Assembly: GCA_002269645.1 (NCBI GenBank)
Contig: NIVC01002932.1
Span: 12,415 to 76,414, forward strand
Length of the DNA: 64,000 nt
Direction of reading: 5' to 3'
From: Macrostomum lignano
Lineage: Eukaryota
The notes under the pieces are model-generated. The model had not been told where the DNA came from and did not search any database. It saw only the letters and a program-made list of their open reading frames with translations. Position 1 is the stretch's first letter; every line of letters begins with the position of its first letter. Shown in pieces: positions 12,350-25,980 of the stretch. The translations under genes were made by a program, and so were the position numbers.

Positions 12350-13720
12350 CTCGTACATTGTCTCGGGTGGACTCTAATGTGCATCGTCATGGACTGAAAT
12401 CTAATGTACATTGTCTCGGGTGGACTCTAATGTGCATCGTCATGGACTGAAATCTAATGTACATTGTCTCGGATGGATTCTAATGTGCATCGTCATGGAC
12501 TGAAATCTAATGTACATTGTCTCGTGTTGGAATCTAAATGTACATTATCTCGGGTTGGAATCTAATGTACATTGTCTCGGGTTGGAATCTAATGTACATT
12601 GTCTCGGGTTGGAATCTAATGTACATTGTCTCGTGCTGGAATCTAATTTACATTGTCTCGTGTTGGAATCTAATTTACATTGTCTCGGGTTAGAATCTAA
12701 TGTACATTGTCTCGGGTTGGAATCCAATGTACATTGTCTCGGGTTGGAATCTAATTTACATTGTCTCGTGTTGGAATCTAATGTACATTGTCTCGGGTTG
12801 GAATCTAATGTACATTATCTCGTGCTGGAATCTAATTTACATTGTCTCGTGTTGGAATCTAATGTACATTGTCTCGTGTTGGAATCCAATGTACATTGTC
12901 TCGGGTTGGAATCTAATGTACATTGTCTCGGGTTGGAATCCAATGTACATTGTCCCGGGTTGGAATCTAATTTACATTGTCTCGTGTTGGAATCTAATGT
13001 ACATTGTCTCGGGTTAGAATCTAATGTACATTGTCTCGTGCTGGAATCTAATGTACATTGTCTCGGGTTGGAATCTAATGTACATTGTCTCGGGTTGGAA
13101 TCTAATGTACATTGTCTCGGGTTGGAATCTAATGTACATTGTCTCGGGTTGGAATCTAATGTACATTGTCTCGTGCTGGAATCTAATTTACATTGTCTCG
13201 TGTTGGAATCTAATTTACATTGTCTCGGGTTAGAATCTAATGTACATTGTCTCGGGTTGGAATCTAATGTACATTGTCTCGTGCTGGAATCTAATTTACA
13301 TTGTCTCGTGTTGGAATCTAATTTACATTGTCTCGGGTTAGAATCTAATGTACATTGTCTCGGGTTGGAATCCAATGTACATTGTCTCGGGTTGGAATCT
13401 AATTTACATTGTCTCGGGTTGGAATCCAATGTACATTGTCTCGGGTTGGAATCCAATGTACATTGTCTCGGGTTGGAATCCAATGTACATTGTCTCGGGT
13501 TGGAATCCAATGTACATTGTCTCGTGCTGGAATCTAATGTACATTGTCTCGGGTTGGAATCCAATGTACATTGTCTCGTGCTGGAATCTAACGTACATTG
13601 TCTCGGGTTGGAATCTAATGTACATTGTCTTGGGTAAAAAATCCAATGTACATTGTCTCGGGTTGGAATCTAATGTACATTGTATCAGGTTGGACTCTAG
13701 TGTACATTGTCACGGACAGG
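12350..13720. repeat. 27-bp minisatellite (TGTACATTGTCTCGGGTTGGAATCTAA)n with 54-bp dimer units at the left edge
   Basis: Directly visible; 9-aa periodic ORFs. Confidence 0.96.
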
Positions 13721-14259
13721 AATCCCTATACACATATTCCTAAAGCAGCAAGTGCTAAACCATTTTCTGAGCTCTGTGAAGCGACGAATAAGACTCAGCG
13801 CTGCTCAATCATTTTTAGAAGCAGGCAAGCCGCATCCGGCGACAGCAAAGTTTGTCAGAGCCGCTTCCGGTCATAAAAGCAGATTCCTGAGCAGCTGTTG
13901 GTGGCGGGATCCCACTGGAAAGGGTTTTTGAAACTCAAAATTGTCACTCTCGCGGTGGGGATGAATTGGGAGAAAAATTGTCAATAATTGTCGTTTAAAT
14001 TACCGCATGGCGAGGCTGGGAAGCCGCAGTTGAAAATTCCCCTGCAGCTGGGGGCTCTGCGACAGATTTTTCACAGCTCATCCATCCCAATTATACTAAT
14101 GGATTGGGCAGGACTGATTCTTTGACAGAAATCGATCGCATGAGTTGCCCAACCAGATCCGATGGCGAACAGCGAAAATGCCAAGTGTTTTAAACTCAAA
14201 ACATGTGATATAGATTAGCACTCCAGTCTATAATTTATGCTAGATTAGCAATCCAATAT

Positions 14260-16944
14260 CAGGGACTACTTGAACTAGGGATGGGAAACTGGCCAAATCA
14301 TGCAGAAAATAGTTGGAGCCTGGTTTTTTCTAGTGTTCCTTAGAATTTATTATTTTTCGCCATCCTGAACAGAATTTATCCCTCTACAAGATGCACAACT
14401 TAGTTTTTGTCAAGCTTCATTTTGAAAGTAGCAGTGATCTTTTTTTGTACAGGACCCCCCTTTTTTCTTGGGAATTTAACACAGCAAACGCCTGATTGAA
14501 ATGTCGAGGGTTTCTGCACAAGCATAATCGCTATATTCAGTTAAGCTTGTAGCCGCTTCTGCTGCGTCGTCTAAAAATTAGCCTTGAATAACTGAATAAA
14601 AAATGAAATTTTCCTTGTCATTACTCTGAAAGTTGCACTGCAATGTATAAATAATCAGCGGTCCCAGTGCGTGACAACGATTGTCTGGCGAGCGCCGGTA
14701 GCCGGTAGGCGCGAGCCATAGACAAATCGTTGTCACGCACTGGGACCGCTGATTCTTTGCATTGTTTTTCTGTTTGACGATCTTACAGACAATGCATTGT
14801 TTGTAGTAATGGATTGTTCTGCATTAAAAATGTGAATAATGATCGTCAAATTGCTAAACAATTACTCTGAAACCGAATCACGTGAATTCGGAGGGGGGGC
14901 AATGGAAATAGAGCAAAGGGAAAGCAGAATACGTTTTTTTTCACAGTGTCGCAGTCGGTGACTGTACGTACGTATTTCTAGGTATATTTTGTGGACATAT
15001 TGGCATTCAAAATTTCACAAATATGTATTATAAACCTCTACATGGTGTCGCGTGTCAGTCAGTCTCGACTCATGGCACATTCAACAGTGGACAGCCGACT
15101 TTGGTCTTTGGTCTTGTAGCGCTGGACAAGGTCTTCAAAAAAGTAATTCGACAGTCGGCATGAGACAGCAGTTGCTGGAAAGTCGTGACCTGCAGGAAAG
15201 AAGTATTCGGCAATGGTCAGAAAACAGTTATGAACACGGGAGGCACAGCTTGGAGACTGCAGTGTAAGGCTGGCGGAGCATAGTCGAGAAAATGGAAACA
15301 GCCACTCAGGCCGGTATGCCAGCTTCCCCTGGAAACCATCTCCAGGAAATCGGAGGAATCAGAACTCCCCGCGCCTGCTTCTTGCGGTCAATTTTCCTTT
15401 ACTGTGAGCTTGCTCGTAGTCGCCGGTTCATGCGAAGTCTCTCGATTTCACGCATCGTGCAGGACGTCTGGCTACGTCCACTGTCGGCTGTCCACTGTCT
15501 CGCCGTCTAGCTGAACCCTTCGATGAATCGGCGGTAGAACCCCAGCATGCCGAGGAACTGCTTCACCTCTTTGACCGACTTTGGACTAGGGATGCTGCGA
15601 ATGACCTCAAACTTGCTAGGGTCCGGTGCAATATCCTCCTGCTAGCTGATCAGGTGTCCCAGGTACAGCACCCGGCGATGGCCGAACACGCTCTTCGCAT
15701 TGTGCAGTTTGAGACCCGCATCTCGTAGCCGTTAAAAAACGCGCTCAAATCTCACTAGATGCTCGTCAAAGGTCCTGCTGAAGACGATGATGTCGTTGAT
15801 GTAAGTCAGCACGGAGTCCCAGGACAGACCGGAAATCACCAACTCCATCAGCCGCTGGAACGTCTGTCTGTGCGAAACCAGGTGGATAAAAAGATCTTAC
15901 AGATGCTGGACAGCCGCTGTGAGCTAGATTAGCATTGCAAATTCCAAAGCCCGTCTTGCGGAACTGCGTCAGGCCACGGGTCGAATAGAAGGCAGTTTTA
16001 AACCGGTCCTCTTCCGCCACCTCCACCTAGCTAGTGGTAGCCCTGCCGGCAGTCGATGGTGGAGAACCAGGAGCACCCGACCATGCAGAGCATTCATGCT
16101 TGCTGCATGTGCGGCAGCGGGTACGCGTCCTTGACCGTGCAGGCATTCAGCTGCCGCCAGTCCGTGCATTTTTACGTTTTTGTGGACCACCAGCAGGTTG
16201 CTCGCCCATGGCGACGACGACGGCTCGATGATGCCGCTGTCCAGCATCTGTAAGATCTTTTTATCCACCTGGTTTCGCACAGACAGAGGCAGACGGCGCT
16301 GCTTGGATTTGCCGGTGCGGCTGCGTTCCCGTTTCCAGTTCGACCTGGGCTGTAGCATCTCCGTAGTGCCCCAGGTCGAACTCGGGCTTGGCGAACAAGT
16401 TCTCGTTGCGCTCTAGCAGCTGCCGCAGCCTCGCTACATCCGGTCCGGGTAGCTCTACGTTCATTTTCCACCCGATGGGGGTCTCGTGAGCTTGGCTCGA
16501 AAAACGTTGGCTTGCTAGCGTGCTTTCTTGTTTCTTTCGCCTTTAGCTAAGCTCTTCATTCATATATACATACAAGGCTCTATTAGTCTTCAGACAGACT
16601 AAAGCCATGCTCGTTGCATACTCAGTTGATACACAAGTGTTACATGTATAAGTGATTCGTTTTATACCATAGACAAAAAGCCGTCTGACTGCAGATTTTT
16701 AAAAGGCATTCTCTATATAAAACACTGTGAAAAAGTACAAAAAAGCTCACTGCTACTTTCAAAATGAAGCTTGACAAAAACTAAGTTGTGCATCTTGTAG
16801 AGGGATAAATTCTGTGCAGGATGGCGAAGAAATCTGCCTTATACGTTCAATAATAAATTTTAGGGAGCGCTAGAAAAAAACCTGCCTTCAACTATTTTCT
16901 GTATGATTTGGCCAGTTTCCCATCCCTAGTTTAAGTAGTCCCTG
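14260..16944. mobile_element. Non-autonomous hAT-type DNA transposon (~190-210-bp TIRs, 8-bp TSD)
   Basis: CAGGGACTAC...GTAGTCCCTG ends. 14260-14450 is the reverse complement of ~16735-16944. TCCAATAT flanks both sides (14252-14259 and 16945-16952). Confidence 0.88.
15490..16480 (-). pseudogene. Decayed gypsy reverse transcriptase fragment inside the hAT element
   Basis: [52 protein letters not shown] pieces with stops and frameshifts. Confidence 0.85.
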
Positions 16945-17004
16945 TCCAATATACTAAAAATCCATTCTATAATTTATGCTAGATTAACAATTCATCGATC
17001 CTAT

Positions 17005-17165
17005 TGATGTGAGCTAGATTAGCAATCCATTCTATTACTTGGGTGCTGTGAGCTAGATTAGCAATCCATTCTATTACTTGGGTGATGTGAGCTAGATTAG
17101 CAATCCATTCTATTACTTGGGTGCTGTGAGCTAGATTAGCAATCCATTCTATTCCTTTATCGCTG
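17005..17165. repeat. ~38-bp tandem repeat (GTGAGCTAGATTAGCAATCCATTCTATT...), about 4 copies
   Basis: Directly visible; a related unit lies left of the hAT insertion at ~14225-14259. Confidence 0.9.
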
Positions 17166-17805
17166 TGGGCCTGATTGGCAACATTTTTATTGGAATGAAT
17201 CGGATTTGATTCATTCCCAGCATGACATCGATTCATTCTATTTTAAATTTCATTAGAAGTTCTAGCATTTTACGCACAATGGTACTGCTAGTAGGCATCG
17301 AAGAATTTTCATCAATAAAATATTAACTCCGGCGACGCCATCGAATGCATACGAAGAGTTTCATTAAGGAAATGCTGTGGAATTTATACCTGTCTATTTT
17401 GACTGACTTTGCAATGTACGGGAAAGGAGTTTAAAATGCAAAACTAGGCTGACTGCTTGGGCAATCAGCTGGTGGAGACCTCTGGCGTGTCTGAGGTGGG
17501 GAAAGCAAAAAATTAACTGAAAATATGAGTCTGCATAACCCCAGACGCTACATGCTGCTGCTGACATCGCCAAATTGAAGACAATTGACGTGCGCAAGAG
17601 ACAATTGAGACAAAATTATTTTATCAGGAAGAAAAATTATGCCCCCAAAAAGGTTGATGCCGATCGTTGGCACATTGAAGATGCCAGCTGGCTTGCAGGG
17701 GAGACTTAGTCTTTTGTATTTGCCCGAAGGGAGGCGGCGTACAAGGCGGCGGTGCTGTGGTCGGGCGGTCACATCAAAACGCACGAGTGGCCACTTTCGC
17801 CAGAC

Positions 17806-17841
<36 letters not shown>

Positions 17842-18419
17842 TTGTGGTCTGATTCGTCTCCAGCTTGCGCCTGCTTCAGCTCCGCCTTTTGCTGCTTCTG
17901 CGCCAGCTGCTCCTCGCGGCAGCAACAACAGGAGCTGATTGACGCCCGCTGCTGTTTGAGCGCCATCAGCAGTCGCAGGTATTTCCTGCACCGCTTGCAA
18001 TGCTGCTGCTGCTGCTCCTGCAGTTGCTGAAGCTGCTCGGTCGAAGTTCGTTCGTGACAGCCGGCCACGTGACCGGGCGACAAGTTGCGAAAGTCCGGAC
18101 AACAGGGCAGGCGGAGGTTAGCAGCCTTGTAGCAGGCCATGCTGCAGTGAGTGCCGGACTAGCTGACTCCGTGATGCTCTTGTTGGCACTGCCGTGTTGC
18201 TTTAATATCGTCCCGGACCCGCGTTGATGTTGCCTCGCGTGCCCAGAAACTTGGTCCGCTTATGAATTGACTTCTCATGACCTCTATACTTGTCTCGGTC
18301 GAAAATATCCTTATTGCACAAAATGTCTATGGGTGATAGGGGTGAAAATCTCAATATTTCCTTTTCGATGCACTCTCGTCACTCTTAATGCATTCAAGAC
18401 TCACTCCCGATCAACATAA

Positions 18420-18436
18420 TTAGTCAGTCAGCTAGC

Positions 18437-18471
<35 letters not shown>

Positions 18472-18592
18472 CTAGTTAGTTAGTTAGTTAGTTAGTTAGT
18501 CAGTTAGTTAGTTAGTTAGCTAGTTAGTTAGTTAGTTAGCTAGTTAGTTAGTTAACCAGTTAGCTAGTTAGCTAGTTAGTTAGTTAGTTAGC

Positions 18593-18623
<31 letters not shown>

Positions 18624-18624
18624 C

Positions 18625-18659
<35 letters not shown>

Positions 18660-18669
18660 CTAGTTAGTC

Positions 18670-18735
<66 letters not shown>

Positions 18736-18745
18736 CTAGTTAGTC

Positions 18746-18835
<90 letters not shown>

Positions 18836-18838
18836 CTA
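18420..18838. repeat. (TTAG)n microsatellite
   Basis: Directly visible, with CTAG/TCAG variants. Confidence 0.98.
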
Positions 18839-19277
18839 CATAGGGGATTGCTGATATTTTGCACTTATTCTCGTGTTTACGTTGTTGACATTTTAATCTA
18901 AACTACGAGCTAAGTTGATTCGATGAGAACCATAGACGAACCTGCAGCTGCCGCGGCTGCATACCTGCTAATCAATTGAGAGAACACCAGTTAATTTATT
19001 AAACCACCCGAACTGAGAATCGCAGAAAGTGCAGCAATTTATACTAACAAGCCGAGACATTTTATCTTGAGCGCAGCAAGGCCCACTACCGACACTGATG
19101 ACCCAATTGGCCGAAGAAACGGCTTACTTGCATGGCACCGCGAAATAAAACTTTGGTAAGGACTGCAGGGCCTAATGCTCGTTGCTCTTTTCATTGCATG
19201 TAAGACCGGCGTGAACTCAAATCTACAGATGAAAGGAAATGCTCACGTTTTGGCTCCTCACTCGCTCACCTTGTATA

Positions 19278-19460
19278 TCATGAACTCACTCATGAACTCA
19301 CTCATGAACTCACTCATGAACTCACTCATGAACTCACTCATGAGTTTAGTCATGAACTCACTCATGAATTTAGTCATGAACTCACTCATGAATTTAGTCA
19401 TGAATTCACTCATGAATTTAGTCATGAATTCACGCATGAATTTAGTCATGAACTCACTCA
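19278..19460. repeat. 12-bp tandem repeat (CATGAACTCACT / CATGAATTTAGT)
   Basis: Directly visible. Confidence 0.95.
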
Positions 19461-19578
19461 TAAAAGTGAGCTCGCTCACTCACTCATGAATCACTTCATC
19501 AACCCAGTACACTCGCTCCGTAGGTGCTGCACCCACTCAGACAAAGGCCAATCTCTCTCCTTCACGCAACCTCCGCAG

Positions 19579-20088
19579 GATGAGATTCTGACAATGAGCA
19601 GTGGCAGGCCAACAGAGAGCGACGGAGGTGCCCTGAGCAGGGAAGCCATAATCAGCCTAGCGGTGACCCTCAGCCTGCTGTTCGCCCTCTCCATAGCCGT
19701 CGTGGCCGTTGTGATGCGGCTGAAAATGCAGAAGAAGAAATTCATACCGCCAAGGTATTCGACCAATTCCAGGCGTAAAACCGGCAGTTCTGGCGGTTCG
19801 GGCAAGAACAATGACGAGCGGCTGTCGCAGGACATTGTCATACCCGCGGCGCCCGTGACCAGCGCCTCCTCGAGGCCTAGCGGCGGCGTCAACTCTTCCA
19901 ACAATGCCAGACGGAGGCAATTGCACAGCTGCAGTCGCAGCTCGCCGACGTCCTCAGCTTCTTCCGGAGCCAATCGGCGAAGCAGTTCAACCGGCTGCGA
20001 CAGCGGCAACTGCATCGCGTCTCCAGCTGCAATTTCTTCTTCTGCAGCTTGCGGTGCGCGCCGTTCTCGGAGCGCCAGTTATAATTGA
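19579..20088 (+). CDS. Probable exon encoding a single transmembrane helix and a Ser/Gly-rich cytoplasmic tail
   Basis: Pyrimidine tract plus CAG at 19578; AIISLAVTLSLLFALSIAVVAVVM followed by a basic stop-transfer RLKMQKKK; GC-rich codons. Confidence 0.55.
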   Translation, partial: DEILTMSSGRPTESDGGALSREAIISLAVTLSLLFALSIAVVAVVMRLKMQKKKFIPPRYSTNSRRKTGSSGGSGKNNDERLSQDIVIPAAPVTSASSRPSGGVNSSNNARRRQLHSCSRSSPTSSASSGANRRSSSTGCDSGNCIASPAAISSSAACGARRSRSASYN

Positions 20089-20224
20089 GGAGTCAATGCG
20101 TTAGCTTTGTACCTGGGAGGAGCACGTACGCACGCTGATGGATTATTGTGCGTTACCCGGGATAAGCCAAGCTTTTTAACCCATATTTTAATACTCTTTT
20201 TTAAATGATAATCACCCTGTTCTA

Positions 20225-20990
20225 TCGCCTCGGTACAACCGGTGAAACCCTGTCCTATATATACCTCGGTACAACCGGTGAAACCCTGTCCTATACCTCG
20301 GTACAACCGGTGAAACCCTGTCCTATACCTCGGTACAACCGGTGAAACCCTGTCCTATACCTCGGTAAAACCGGTGAAACCCTGTATTATATCTCGGTAC
20401 AACCGGTGAAACCCTGTCCTATACCTCGGTACAACCGGTGAAACCCTGTCCTATACCTCGGTACAACCGGTGAAACACTGTCCTATACCTCGGTACAACC
20501 GGTGAAACCCTGCCATTTACATCTGTGCAACCGGTGAAACCCTGTCCTATACCTCGGTACAACCGGTGAAACCCTGTCCTATACCTCGATAAAACCGGTG
20601 AAACCCTGTCCTATACCTCGGTACAACCGGTGAAACCCTGTCCTATACCTCGGTACAACCGGTGAAACCTTGTCCTATACCTCGATAAAACCGGTGAAAC
20701 ACTGTCCTATACCTCGGTACAACCGGTGAAACCCTGTCCTATACCTCGGTACAACCGGTGAAACACTGTCCTATACCTCGGTACAACCGGTGAAACCCTG
20801 TCCTATACCTCGGTACAACCGGTGAAACCCTGTCCTATACCTCGGTACAACCGGTGAAACCCTGTCCTATACCTCGATAAAACCGGTGAAACCCTGTCCT
20901 ATACCTCGGTACAACCGGTGAAACCCTGTCCTATACCTCGGTACAACCGGTGAAACCTTGTCCTATACCTCGATAAAACCGGTGAAACCG
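20225..20990. repeat. 32-bp minisatellite (AAACCCTGTCCTATACCTCGGTACAACCGGTG)n
   Basis: About 24 head-to-tail copies with no spacers. Confidence 0.96.
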
Positions 20991-22234
20991 GTAAAGACAT
21001 TTTATACTAAGACATATCGTAAAAATGATTCAAGATGAAAAAAACAGACACCTGATGCAACTTTATCTACGCTACGGAAGTCGTAATGCGGCAAGTCAAT
21101 CAAGTGCTGGCCTCACAAAAAACAGACTAATAAACTTTGTGTAACCTTGATGCGACCTGCCCGTCTACTCAACAAGCCTTCCTCGTATAGTCATAAGCGG
21201 CAAAGCAGTCCGCATTATCATCTCTCAAAACCAAATCTTTCGCGACAAAGCTTTCCTGTTCCGAAAAAGCGCATTTGATTTTACTATTTTAATTTGCTTC
21301 TTCAATCAGTTTTGTTTTGAAAAGCGTCTAAAAATTTTACTGCGTCAAATTCTGTTAAATTTGAAATTCAATGACTTCTGATCTTTTTATGTTGTGAAGC
21401 CTAATACTTTAATTGGTTTTCGTTAATATTTGGTTTTTACTACTGTTACCGCCCCATGCCATTAAACAAAATAATTGTCTGCCTCAGGATTGGCTGTTAT
21501 ATGCGTAACTTATTAAAAATTCAATGCTGAAATGTGCTGATGCTGGCAATCATATTTTTTTCATTGCCGTCCAAAAATTGCTAATTTCGATTCCCAATTG
21601 AAAGTCGCAAGCCTCGTGCTCTGATCCCATGGAATATTACATTTATCCTTACTGTATGCATGCAGCAATTTCTTGTTGAACTCACCGGAACTTCCCTATT
21701 CGATATGACCCAATGCTGGATCTTTCCTTTCCCATTGCCGAATGACACACAATTACATCTGATTAAAACACCTAATGAGCTGTGTTACCATGTAAACCTT
21801 TGTGCCAGGCGTGGCAATTAAAGTAAAACTCATATTTTTTCACACCTGTGTACTGGGCATATATGCATTTAATGCTTTCAGTGTTCGCAATACCTTCGAA
21901 TGTACCCACACAGACTGTACGCCCTTATAGCACCACATGGAGCGTACATTTATAGACACGAAACTGTTTATACTTTTCCGTAAACTATTATTAATATATT
22001 CATTTATCATAGCTACCGCGAAGTGACTGCGAGTAAAAAACTAATCTATGTTGTCAACAGAAAATTCCCATCAGCTATTAATTAACCACTAAATTCTTTC
22101 AGATGCTAATTCTGGGCTAAAGCACCCATTGAAAATTTGATACATTTTAATTTACTTCGATAATGATTTCTTTATTTAAATTCCATGACACAAAAATGCT
22201 GATTTACAGGTCTCTTTTATCTGTGTTTCTTCAT

Positions 22235-24125
22235 CAATCCCATCTTTATCCCTGTTCCTGCATCCCATTCCCTCTATCCTCCTCTCCCACCTTTATCCCT
22301 GTTCGTGCATCCCGTTTCCTCTATCCCTCTCCCATCTTTATCCCTGTTCCTGCATCCCATTTCCTCTATCCTTCTCTCCCATCTTTATCCCTGTTCCTGC
22401 ATCCCATTTCCTCTATCCTTCTCTCCCACCTTTATCCCTGTTCCTGCATCCCGTTTCCTCTATCCTTCTCTCCCATCTTTATCCCCGTTCCTGCATCCCA
22501 TTTCTTCTATCCTTCTCTCCCATCTTTATCCCTGTTCCTGCATCCCATTTCCTCTATCCTTCTCTCCCACCTTTATCCCTGTTCCTGCATCCCATTTCCT
22601 CTATCATTCTCTCCCATTTTTATCCCTGTTCCTGCATCCCATTTCTTCTATCCTTCTCTCCCATCTTTATCCCTGTTCCTGCATCCCATCTTTATCTCCG
22701 TTCCTGCATCCCATTTCTTCTATCCTTCTCTCCCATCTTTATCCCTGTTCCTGCATCCCATCTTTATCCCCGTTCCTGCATCCCATTTCCTCTATCCTTC
22801 TCTCCCAACTTTATCCCTGTTCCTGCATCCAATTTCCTCTATCCTTCTCTCCCATCTTTATCCCTGTTCCTGCATCCCATTTCCTCTATCCCTCTCCCAT
22901 CCTTATCCCTGTTCCTGCATCCCATTTCCTCTATCCTTCTCTCCCATCTTTATCCCAGTTCCTGCATCCCATTTCCTCTATCCTTCTCTCCCATCTTTAT
23001 CCCTGTTTCTGCATCCCATCTTTATTACCATTCCTGCATCCCATTTCCTCTATCCTTCTCTCCCATCTTTATCCTCGTTCCTGCATCCCATTTCCTCTAT
23101 CCCTGTCTCCCATCTTTATCCCTGTTCCTGCATCCCATTTCCTCTATCCTTCTCTCCCATCTTTATCCCCGTTCCTCCATCCCATTTCCTCTATCCTTCT
23201 CTCCCATCTTTATCCCTGTTCCTGCATCCCATTTCCTCTATCATTCTCTCCCATCTTAATCCCTGTTCCTGCATCCCATCTTTATCTCCGTTCCTGCATC
23301 ACATTTCTTCTATCCTTCTCTCCCATCTTTATCCCTGTTCCTGCATCCCATCTTTATCTCCGTTCCTGCATCCCATTTCCTCTATCCCTCTCTCCCATCT
23401 TTATCCCTGTTCCTGCATCCCATTTCCTCTATCCTTCTCTCCCATCTTTATCCCTGTTCCTGCATCCCATTTCCTCTATCCCTCTCCCATCTTTATCCCA
23501 GTTCCTGCATCCCATTTCCTCTATCCTTCTCTCCCATCTTTATCCCTGTTTCTGCATCCCATCTTTATCTCCGTTCCTGCATCCCATTTCCTCTATCATT
23601 CTCTCCCATCTTTATCCCTGTTCCTGCATCCCATTTCCTCTATCATTCTCTCCTATCTTTATCCCTGTTCCTGCATCTTATCTTTATCACCGTTCCTGCA
23701 TCCCATTTCCTCTATCCTTCTCTCCCATCTTTATCCTCGTTCCTGCATCCCATTTCCTCTATCCTTCTCTCCCATCTTTATCCCTGTTCCTGCATCCCAT
23801 TTCCTCTATCCTTCTCTCCCATCTTTATCCCTGTTCCTGCATCCCATTTCCTCTATCCTTCTCTCCCATCTCTATCCTAGTTCCTGCATCCCATTTCCTC
23901 TATCCCTGTCTCCCATCTTTATCCCTGTTCCTGCATCCCATTTCCTCTATCCCTGTCTCCCATCTTTATCCCTGTTCCTGCATCCCATTTCCTCTATCCT
24001 TCTCTCCCATCTTTATCCCCGTTCCTGCATCCCATTTCCTCTATCCTTCTCTCCCATCTTTATCCCCGTTCCTGCATCCCATTTCCTCTATCCTTCTCTC
24101 CCATCTTTATCCCGTTCCTGCATCC
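22235..24125. repeat. 47-bp minisatellite (CCCATCTTTATCCCTGTTCCTGCATCCCATTTCCTCTATCCTTCTCT)n
   Basis: Directly visible; the 677-aa and 616-aa ORFs are artefacts. Confidence 0.96.
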
Positions 24126-24764
24126 AATTTACGTTTAAGAGCTTTTATGCTTTGACAACAGCAAAACTTCACAAGCTCAAGTTGTCATGGTATTAACAAT
24201 AGAGAAATTTGAGCAAGCAGAAGCGTGTAAAAACACTTGATTTGAAAGTGCGAAATTTCATGCTAGGGAAATGAACCTATATGCCTAATTGAATGTAGGA
24301 TATTTTTCTAAATCGGATTATGAGTAAGTACAATAGCGGAATTTTTCGGGCGAACTTTTGTGCTGATGCTGCCAAACGCTTGAATGGAAACTTACAAAAA
24401 ACACCCGCCTAGCAGCCAATTTGTCATACAGTAGTAGCTCTCTATTCAACATTTCTCCACATTGGCAGGCAGGCCATCTATCTGCTTGCGAAACTGAGCT
24501 TTTGAAAAAGGTCTCAAGACTTTTTGTGCCCATATGTCTATAACAGATACGAGTGTACGCAACTCTCTCTTTCAAATGTCAGTGAATGAGACTGCGCTGC
24601 CCTTTGCAACTTTGCGCATCTTCTTTATATCATTATTATTGTCTAAAATTTTCAACAACTGTGCACAAGTTTGCCGTGTAGAAAATTTTTGGGGGGGGGA
24701 GGCTGAATAGTTCCGAAATTTAATATATCTGAAAAGCAGCTCTTCCACAACTCCGAAACTTCAT

Positions 24765-25980
24765 ATCTCCGACACTTTATATCTCTCTGACACTCAATAT
24801 CTCCGACACTTCATCTCCGATACTTCATATCTCCGACAATTCATATCTCCGATACTAATATCTCCGACACTTCATCTCCGACAATTCATATACCCGACAC
24901 TTCATATCTCCGATACTAATATCTCCGACACTTCATCTCCGACAATTCATATACCCGACACTTCATACCTCCGATACTAATATCTCCGATACTAATATCT
25001 CCGACACTTCATCTCCGATACTGCATATCTCCGACAATTCATATACCCGACACTTCATACCTCCGATACTAATATCTCCGATACTAATATCTCCGACACT
25101 TCATCTCCGATACTGCATATCTCCGACAATTCATATACCCGACACTTCATCTCTGATACTAATATCTCCGACAATTCATATACCCGACACTTCATACCTC
25201 CGATACTAATATCTCCGACAATTCATATACCCGACACTTCATCTCTGATACTAATATCTCCGACAATTCATATACCCGACACTTCATACCTCCGATACTA
25301 ATATCTCCGACACTCTATCTCCGACAATTCATATACCCGACACTTCATATCTCCGATACTAATATCTCCGACACTTCATCTCCGACAATTCATATACCCG
25401 ACACTTCATATCTCCGATACTAATATCTCCGACACTTCATCTCCGACAATTCATATACCCGACACTTCATACCTCCGATACTAATATCTCCGATACTAAT
25501 ATCTCCGACACTTCATCTCCGATACTGCATATCTCCGACAATTCATATACCCGACACTTCATCTCTGATACTAATATCTCCGACAATTCATATACCCGAC
25601 ACTTCATCTCTGATACTAATATCTCCGACAATTCATATACCCGACACTTCATACCTCCGATACTAATATCTCCGACACTCTATCTCCGACAATTCATATA
25701 CCCGACACTTCATATCTCCGATACTAATATCTCCGACACTCCATCTCCGACAATTCATATACCCGACACTTCATACCTCCGATACTAATATCTCCGACAC
25801 TCCATCTCCGACAATTCATACCTCCGATACTAATATCTCCGACACTTTATATCTCTCTGACACTTCATATCTCCGATACTTCATATCTCCGACAATTCAT
25901 ATACCTGACACATTATATCCCTCTGACACTCAATATATCCGATACTTAATATCTCGGACACTTCATATCTCCGATACCAT
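24765..25980. repeat. Higher-order array of ~16-bp ATCTCCGACACTTCAT-type units
   Basis: Directly visible. Confidence 0.93.

Noticed and set aside
17548-18227. PolyQ/Cys ORFs
   Set aside because: (CAG)n-driven with overlapping frames on both strands; it may be an exon but no product can be supported.
18420-18838. (TTAG)n as interstitial telomere
   Set aside because: The unit lacks the G run of TTAGG/TTAGGG; it is an ordinary tetranucleotide microsatellite.
20225-20990. 32-bp repeat as a CRISPR array
   Set aside because: No unique spacers, no cas genes, eukaryotic context.
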